Positions 59,937-64,000 of a stretch of DNA of 64,000 nt are shown one piece after another; within the stretch, counting starts at the first letter, position 1; each line of letters starts with the position of its first letter. The notes below the pieces were generated by a model that saw only the letters and a program-made list of their open reading frames with translations, was not told the origin of the DNA and did no database searches. The position numbers and the translations under genes are program-made. The stretch comes from a virus, in the IMG/VR virus record IMGVR_UViG_3300028197_000782, positions 33,101-97,100 of that record. One strand, written 5' to 3'.

Positions 59937-60618
59937 ATAATAGCACTTTCCAATCCTTTCCATTATATAACTTAAGCTTTCCATCCTTGGAATCTATAAT
60001 GAGTGCGCCTTTAGCTGGTTTTTTAGGTGCAGCCTTCGTAGGTACAACTACCGCTTTGTTGGGCTGTTTAAGAAGATCTTGTATTTTAATAGCTTGAATA
60101 TCTTTATCTCTACGACCTAACACGGTATCTTGTTCCAGTAATAATGAAGTGGGGCCGTTTGATCCAGAGAATGGGACGCTATTTTCATTTAAGAATAATT
60201 GTAAAGCATTAGAGATGGGATAGTGGGATACTTGGTAGTATTCATATTCTCCATTAAGCACCCCTCTATAGAAAGCTGGTTGAGGGGTTATGTCGTCAGT
60301 TGCAGTTTGGTTGTACATGCAATACTTTCTTTCAATAACCCATCTATCTTCTTTCTTGAATAGCTCTCCCACGCCAACTTCGACAAGCAAAGTCTTAGAT
60401 CCATCTAAGTGCATTAGTTGATAATAGAAACAACAAGGATCACTGAAGTAAGTGTGAAACGTGTTATTATCATCTAGTTTCAAATTTTGAGAATTATAAC
60501 GTAAATAACTTTCATTAGCTTTTTCAAAACCCTCTAGTATTAAATCTGGGGTTTCTGGATCAATTAAACAATTTTCAAGTACCTGTGCCTGTGTCGTCTT
60601 CAGGGGTTTTGTTTTCAT
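59923..60618 (-). CDS. Hypothetical protein (231 aa)
   Basis: Packed ORF; C-terminal GALIID...LKLYNG.DW fibre-like motif. Confidence 0.7.
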   Translation of the reverse strand: MKTKPLKTTQAQVLENCLIDPETPDLILEGFEKANESYLRYNSQNLKLDDNNTFHTYFSDPCCFYYQLMHLDGSKTLLVEVGVGELFKKEDRWVIERKYCMYNQTATDDITPQPAFYRGVLNGEYEYYQVSHYPISNALQLFLNENSVPFSGSNGPTSLLLEQDTVLGRRDKDIQAIKIQDLLKQPNKAVVVPTKAAPKKPAKGALIIDSKDGKLKLYNGKDWKVLLYEDT

Positions 60619-60757
60619 CTTCTTCCTCTTTTAATAGTTCCGCGAGAGATTTGTCTTCGCACTCAAGATCTTTAATTATTTCTTCCTGTAGCTGTAAAGC
60701 AGCCTTGGCTCTAAGCTGGCATTCTAATTCATATGCCTCATTTGGATTGTTGTTCAT
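60575..60757 (-). CDS. Small acidic protein (60 aa), first gene of the late strand (likely start ATG 60757)
   Basis: SD AGGAGA upstream of MNNNPNE. Confidence 0.6.
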   Translation of the reverse strand: MNNNPNEAYELECQLRAKAALQLQEEIIKDLECEDKSLAELLKEEEDENKTPEDDTGTGT

Positions 60758-60775
60758 GGTGTTTCTCCTACAGTA

Positions 60776-60804
60776 GTTATACACTTTTAAGAGTCTTTTT
60801 GCAA
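60776..60804 (-). promoter_or_regulatory. Leftward promoter TTGCAA-N17-TATAAC containing the GTGTATAA late motif
   Basis: Minus strand reads TTGCAA aaagactcttaaaagtg TATAAC. Confidence 0.65.
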
Positions 60805-60973
60805 CATTTAGGCGCTATCAAAGAGGATTGGGTAATACTTATGTTTGTAGATTTCTAATTGTGTCTGAACCACCCAGCAATTTTCGTGCCAAACTCACAT
60901 AAAGTTATTTGAAGATAAAACTACCTACCTTATGTATATAACCTATATTATAACTAGGGTTGCCGGATCGTTC

Positions 60974-61000
60974 GTAAGTCTATACTGGCAAAGGACTTAC
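60974..61000. repeat. Palindromic element GTAAGTC-N13-GACTTAC, copy 1
   Basis: gtaagtc tatactggcaaag gacttac. Confidence 0.85.
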
Positions 61001-61040
61001 AGCCGATAATAAAAATAATAAAAAAATATCTAATAATAGT

Positions 61041-61080
61041 TAATTTAGTACTTGACAAATGCCGATACTATGTATATACT
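61041..61080 (+). promoter_or_regulatory. Early promoter: TTGACA-N17-TATACT with overlapping TAAT-N16-GCCGATA
   Basis: TTGACA 61052-57, TATACT 61075-80, GCCGATA 61061-67. Confidence 0.8.
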
Positions 61081-61120
61081 TAGGATATAAGAAACAAACA
61101 ATACTTAGAAAGAATTTAAA

Positions 61121-61234
61121 ATGTTAAACTTAATTATTACTTCCGATTGCTGTGGTTCCGATGTTGTTCTTGAAGATATTTGCACTGCTTGCGGAGAGCA
61201 TTGCGAAGTTATTAAAGAAGAAATTACCGCTTGA
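61121..61234 (+). CDS. Small Cys-rich (zinc-ribbon-like) protein, 37 aa (not in the ORF track)
   Basis: MLNLIITSDCCGSDVVLEDICTACGEHCEVIKEEITA; paralogue of 62515..62697. Confidence 0.75.
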   Translation: MLNLIITSDCCGSDVVLEDICTACGEHCEVIKEEITA

Positions 61235-61267
61235 CAGATTAAAGTTTATAGTGTAGAATGTCGATAT
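61231..61267 (+). promoter_or_regulatory. Early promoter: TTGACA-N17-TAGAAT plus TAAAGTTT..GTCGATAT
   Basis: TTGACA 61231-36, TAGAAT 61254-59, TAAA 61240-43, GTCGATA 61260-66. Confidence 0.8.
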
Positions 61268-61286
61268 ACTAATAAGGAGAAAAGTT

Positions 61287-61382
61287 ATGAGAGAATCAGA
61301 TCAAGAATTACTATTGATTGTTGTTGTGTTGTGTGTTATAGTTGTATCAGTGTTCAGTAGTTACACCCCTTGCACTCTTTAA
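61287..61382 (+). CDS. Small membrane peptide (31 aa)
   Basis: SD AAGGAG; MRESDQELLLIVVVLCVIVVSVFSSYTPCTL. Confidence 0.6.
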   Translation: MRESDQELLLIVVVLCVIVVSVFSSYTPCTL

Positions 61383-61392
61383 GGAAAATACA

Positions 61393-61530
61393 ATGCCTTA
61401 CAATTTTGAATACTTCCAAGAATTAGAATCATACGAAGCCCAAGAAGAATACAATATTTGGCTTGACGAACAGGATGATATTATGGTAAGATTGCATGAA
61501 TCAGAGATGTCCCCAGAGGTAGTAGAATAA
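61393..61530 (+). CDS. Small acidic protein (45 aa; start MPYNF)
   Basis: SD AAGGA upstream of ATG 61393. Confidence 0.65.
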   Translation: MPYNFEYFQELESYEAQEEYNIWLDEQDDIMVRLHESEMSPEVVE

Positions 61531-61688
61531 TGAATGAATACATGGTAACAAGTTTGTATGATGTGCTTGACAGATTCGATACACCTAAGTTACAGGTCTA
61601 TCTTCTATGTTGTCAAGAAGAAAAAGAGTTTGACGGTGTACGTGTAGCGGCTAACATATTACGAGTACGATTTATCAACGGAGAATAA
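61530..61688 (+). CDS. Hypothetical protein (52 aa; not in the ORF track)
   Basis: MNEYMVTSLYDVLDRFDTPKLQVYLLCCQEEKEFDGVRVAANILRVRFINGE; TAATG coupling with the upstream gene. Confidence 0.65.
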   Translation: MNEYMVTSLYDVLDRFDTPKLQVYLLCCQEEKEFDGVRVAANILRVRFINGE

Positions 61689-61689
61689 G

Positions 61690-61881
61690 ATGAGCATATT
61701 TAATAATCCAGAATTTGATAGTATTCTAGCTGGTATAGTGTATGATAGCCGTGTACAATCGCCTGATGGTGATGTATTAGAGCAGTGCGACGATGGACAG
61801 CCAACGCACTACGAAGAATGTCAAGACTTGTATGGTGGTGATGATTACATAGAACAATGGGAGGATGATTCATGGGAATAA
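61690..61881 (+). CDS. Small acidic protein (63 aa)
   Basis: SD GGAG; DDGQPTHYEE.QDLYGGDD motif. Confidence 0.7.
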   Translation: MSIFNNPEFDSILAGIVYDSRVQSPDGDVLEQCDDGQPTHYEECQDLYGGDDYIEQWEDDSWE

Positions 61882-62060
61882 TTGATTTAGATTTTATGTC
61901 TATCATAGTAGGATACGTGGTAGGCGTTGCGTTGATGTGGTCAATAAGTGAAACGTTGTATGGAGACAACAATGAAACAAGAGCAGAAAAGGAATCTGAA
62001 AATATTCGCCCTCGCTATGATCGCAGGTATCATATGCTGTACGGTGATTCACCTGAATGA
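61872..62060 (+). CDS. Small membrane protein (62 aa, start uncertain)
   Basis: Hydrophobic N-terminal segment IIVGYVVGVALMWSI. Confidence 0.5.
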   Translation: MGIIDLDFMSIIVGYVVGVALMWSISETLYGDNNETRAEKESENIRPRYDRRYHMLYGDSPE

Positions 62061-62103
62061 ATGTACAGTAGTGCAGCCATGCTTTGATCTGCCCAAGGAA
62101 TAG
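61972..62103 (+). CDS. Small membrane/secreted peptide (43 aa) overlapping the previous ORF
   Basis: SD GGAG; MKQEQKRNLKIFALAMIAGIICCTVIHLNECTVVQPCFDLPKE. Confidence 0.5.
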   Translation: MKQEQKRNLKIFALAMIAGIICCTVIHLNECTVVQPCFDLPKE

Positions 62104-62107
62104 CATG

Positions 62108-62190
62108 AGCCGTAAGTCGTTACCCAGTAAGGGTTTACGGCTTGCGGGGCAGCCGGGTCGGCTGTAAGTCTATAGCTGGTAAGGACTTAG
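62108..62190. repeat. Paired palindromic elements (copies 2 and 3 of GTAAGTC-N13-GACTTA) with a GC-rich linker hairpin
   Basis: gtaagtc gttacccagtaag ggtttac (62112-62138); gtaagtc tatagctggtaag gacttag (62164-62190); agccg-ggt-cggct between them. Confidence 0.85.
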
Positions 62191-62217
62191 CTCTCTTAAT
62201 AATTATATAGTATTACC

Positions 62218-62245
62218 TAAAGTAATAGGGTAGGGATGCCGATAT
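62218..62245 (+). promoter_or_regulatory. Sigma28-like promoter TAAAG-N15-GCCGATAT (no TTGACA)
   Basis: TAAAG 62218-22 and GCCGATA 62238-44, upstream of the SD and ORF at 62282. Confidence 0.6.
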
Positions 62246-62281
62246 ATATAGTAGAGAGATTAACTACTAAGGAAAAAAGAC

Positions 62282-62458
62282 ATGTTTACAGCTGTTACAT
62301 TATTGAGTATGTTTGTGGGTTTCGAGGGTTATCTAAATGGTAAACTGTACATAGGTACATATACTCCTACGTGTGAATATGGGTGGGTTATAACAAATGG
62401 GGAAATTTATCTCGACACAATTTATGAGAAAAATAATATTTTACCCCTTGACAATTAA
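62282..62458 (+). CDS. Hypothetical protein (58 aa; not in the ORF track)
   Basis: SD AAGGA; MFTAVTLLSMFVGFEGYLNGKLYIGTYTPTCEYGWVITNGEIYLDTIYEKNNILPLDN. Confidence 0.65.
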   Translation: MFTAVTLLSMFVGFEGYLNGKLYIGTYTPTCEYGWVITNGEIYLDTIYEKNNILPLDN

Positions 62459-62484
62459 AGAATAACTGTATATAATGTCGATAT
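62448..62484 (+). promoter_or_regulatory. Early promoter: perfect TTGACA-N17-TATAAT plus TAAAG..GTCGATAT
   Basis: TTGACA 62448-53, TATAAT 62471-76, TAAAG 62456-60, GTCGATA 62477-83. Confidence 0.85.
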
Positions 62485-62514
62485 AACAAGTAACACTAAT
62501 AGAAAGAATTTAAA

Positions 62515-62697
62515 ATGTCAAATAACAACTTTGAAATCGTTTACTCTTCCGATTGCTGTGGCGCTTCGGTTCACTCCGACGCAGACATCTGCCCTTCATG
62601 CTACGAACATTGTGAGGTTATCGAAGATCGCACAGACTTTGATTGTTCAGAAGCTGTACATTTTGAATCTAGCCTTGACTTTCACGGGGCTGGCTGA
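62515..62697 (+). CDS. Small Cys-rich (zinc-ribbon-like) protein (60 aa)
   Basis: SDCCG.....DICPSCYEHCEVI; paralogue of 61121..61234. Confidence 0.75.
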   Translation: MSNNNFEIVYSSDCCGASVHSDADICPSCYEHCEVIEDRTDFDCSEAVHFESSLDFHGAG

Positions 62698-62725
62698 TAA
62701 ACTTTATAAATAAGGAGAAATTAAA

Positions 62726-62893
62726 ATGAGTAATAATAACTGTGTTGTATATCCTAGAAAAAACGTATGGGTTGTAATTGACATGCAAGGAAATAAGATT
62801 GGCGAAGTTGGGGCCATGACAGAAATTGAGGCTAGGCAAAAGGTAGCCGATCATGTTATAATCCCTTTCACACTATCACACATTGAGGAGTAA
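62726..62893 (+). CDS. Hypothetical protein (55 aa; not in the ORF track)
   Basis: SD AAGGAG; MSNNNCVVYPRKNVWVVIDMQGNKIGEVGAMTEIEARQKVADHVIIPFTLSHIEE. Confidence 0.7.
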   Translation: MSNNNCVVYPRKNVWVVIDMQGNKIGEVGAMTEIEARQKVADHVIIPFTLSHIEE

Positions 62894-62896
62894 AAG

Positions 62897-63289
62897 ATGT
62901 CAAACGCACTATGTTTTGAAATGGAAGTAGGAAACAATTTTGATCCAGCAGAATTTGTTCCTTTTACTATAACAAATAAAAACCCTAATCATTGGAGGAT
63001 AGCACGACAGCAAACGTGGCGATCTAAAATGAATGGAAAACAAAAAGTGAAAGCTGTATTAGCCGTTTTGGATGATGCTATACAACAGGGAAAAAATTCA
63101 GTTACATTGAAAGACATAGCTGTTTTCTTAGGCTTCAGAATTGCCCACACTAGATGGTTTCGATGTCAAATAGAAAAAGAAAATGTTACAATATATCCTG
63201 ATTCTGTATACCATACACCGGGGGCGCCAGTAGAAGCATATTTTGATGTTAAAGAATGGAAAAGTTTTTTAATAAATAATTATAGTTGA
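62897..63289 (+). CDS. Hypothetical, possibly DNA-binding protein (130 aa)
   Basis: SD GAGGAG; VTLKDIAVFLG is HTH-like. Confidence 0.65.
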   Translation: MSNALCFEMEVGNNFDPAEFVPFTITNKNPNHWRIARQQTWRSKMNGKQKVKAVLAVLDDAIQQGKNSVTLKDIAVFLGFRIAHTRWFRCQIEKENVTIYPDSVYHTPGAPVEAYFDVKEWKSFLINNYS

Positions 63290-63313
63290 CAAGCTAAAAT
63301 GTCGATATATAAT
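63281..63313 (+). promoter_or_regulatory. Early promoter: TTGACA-N16-TATAAT plus TATAGTT..GTCGATAT
   Basis: TTGACA 63286-91, TATAAT 63308-13, GTCGATA 63301-07. Confidence 0.75.
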
Positions 63314-63332
63314 GTAGGCATAAGGAGTAAAC

Positions 63333-63677
63333 ATGAAAACTAAAGTAAATCCACTGAAATTAATTGAAACACGATTTGAACTAGAAAATATGAATAGGGG
63401 TCGATATGTTAAGCGTTATTTTTTCTCTAATGGTCTTGGTGCTTCTGTCGCATGTCACAGTGGTACTTATGGCGGTGATGCTGGATGCTTTGAGGTCGGT
63501 ATTCTCAAATACCCTCTAGGAACAACTCCAGAAAATACTTGTGAACTTATTTATGACACACAAATTAATCATGACTTAGGTTGTGTGGATGTTCACGGAT
63601 GGCTTGACTTTTTCGAGGTTGCTGATATACTACAGAGAATAAGAAACTATAACACAGGAGAATATTGCTATGAATAA
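63333..63677 (+). CDS. Phage hypothetical protein (114 aa)
   Basis: SD AAGGAG; F.NG.GASV...TYGG..G.FEV..L...YDT.I..DV.GWL motif. Confidence 0.75.
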   Translation: MKTKVNPLKLIETRFELENMNRGRYVKRYFFSNGLGASVACHSGTYGGDAGCFEVGILKYPLGTTPENTCELIYDTQINHDLGCVDVHGWLDFFEVADILQRIRNYNTGEYCYE

Positions 63678-63987
63678 AAATGAATACAATGGTTGGTATA
63701 ACTATGAAACTTGGTTAGTTAATCTGTGGATGGACAATGACCAAGGGTCACAGGAGATGTGGCGCGAACATGCCAGAGATTCCATCGACGCAGACGAGGG
63801 GACTAATTGGTTTTATTTTGAGGAAAGACTAAAAGAATACCTTGACATGCTCATAGAAGATATGGATAATGGCATAGCGTCTGGATTGGCTCATGATCTT
63901 ATTGGTGCTGCTATTTCAGAAGTAAACACTAGAGAAATATCAATGTCGTGGATTGAAAACGAATTAGAAAACGCAGAGGTAGAATAA
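63670..63987 (+). CDS. Phage hypothetical protein (105 aa)
   Basis: SD AGGAG; YNGWYNYETW.VNLW.DND motif. Confidence 0.75.
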   Translation: MNKNEYNGWYNYETWLVNLWMDNDQGSQEMWREHARDSIDADEGTNWFYFEERLKEYLDMLIEDMDNGIASGLAHDLIGAAISEVNTREISMSWIENELENAEVE

Positions 63988-64000
63988 TGAACGGATACGA

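Noticed and set aside
173-60776. Many 60-160 aa + strand and alternative-frame ORFs within the late region
   Set aside because: They lie antisense to or inside long, well-supported minus-strand genes and show no independent motif support.
60974-62190. Palindromic repeats as a CRISPR array or integron attC sites
   Set aside because: Only three irregularly spaced copies, no constant-length spacers, no cas or integrase gene in the window, and no RYYYAAC/GTTRRRY ends.
1-64000. Stop-codon reassignment, tRNA genes, DGR or tail sheath
   Set aside because: Genes tile densely in the standard code with TAA, TAG and TGA all used as stops. No cloverleaf, reverse transcriptase or sheath-like gene was recognised.

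Overview
The whole window is part of a large, AT-rich tailed dsDNA phage genome in the standard genetic code. Positions ~1-60,760 are one tightly packed minus-strand late region. In transcription order it encodes a phage sigma factor, a TerS-like HTH/coiled-coil protein, GDP-mannose 4,6-dehydratase, HNH and ERCC4 nucleases, a ClpP-like protease, large terminase, portal, prohead protease-scaffold, head decoration protein, major capsid, several fibre-like proteins (three with mucin-like poly-Thr tracts), neck proteins, tail tube, chaperones, a 2,534-aa tape measure protein, a 4,080-aa FG-GAP/LamG tail protein and tail-tip proteins. No tail sheath gene was recognised, so the tail may be siphovirus-like. 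After a strand switch at ~60.8-61.1 kb comes a plus-strand early-type region of tiny ORFs. Most notable: (1) the tape measure protein carries a GNAT-like and a PD-(D/E)XK-like cargo segment bracketed by repeated GGxVPG..DTVPAML.PGEFV modules, with the GNAT segment flanked by in-frame 67-bp direct repeats; (2) the early promoters interleave sigma70 (TTGACA/TATAAT) and sigma28-like (TAAAG..GYCGATA) elements; (3) a GTAAGTC-N13-GACTTA palindrome family marks early modules; (4) a GTGTATAAT motif precedes the late transcription units; (5) a gmd gene sits in the same late region as Thr-rich and Ser-Gly-rich virion proteins. All protein calls come from motifs and synteny read by eye; no database searches were run.
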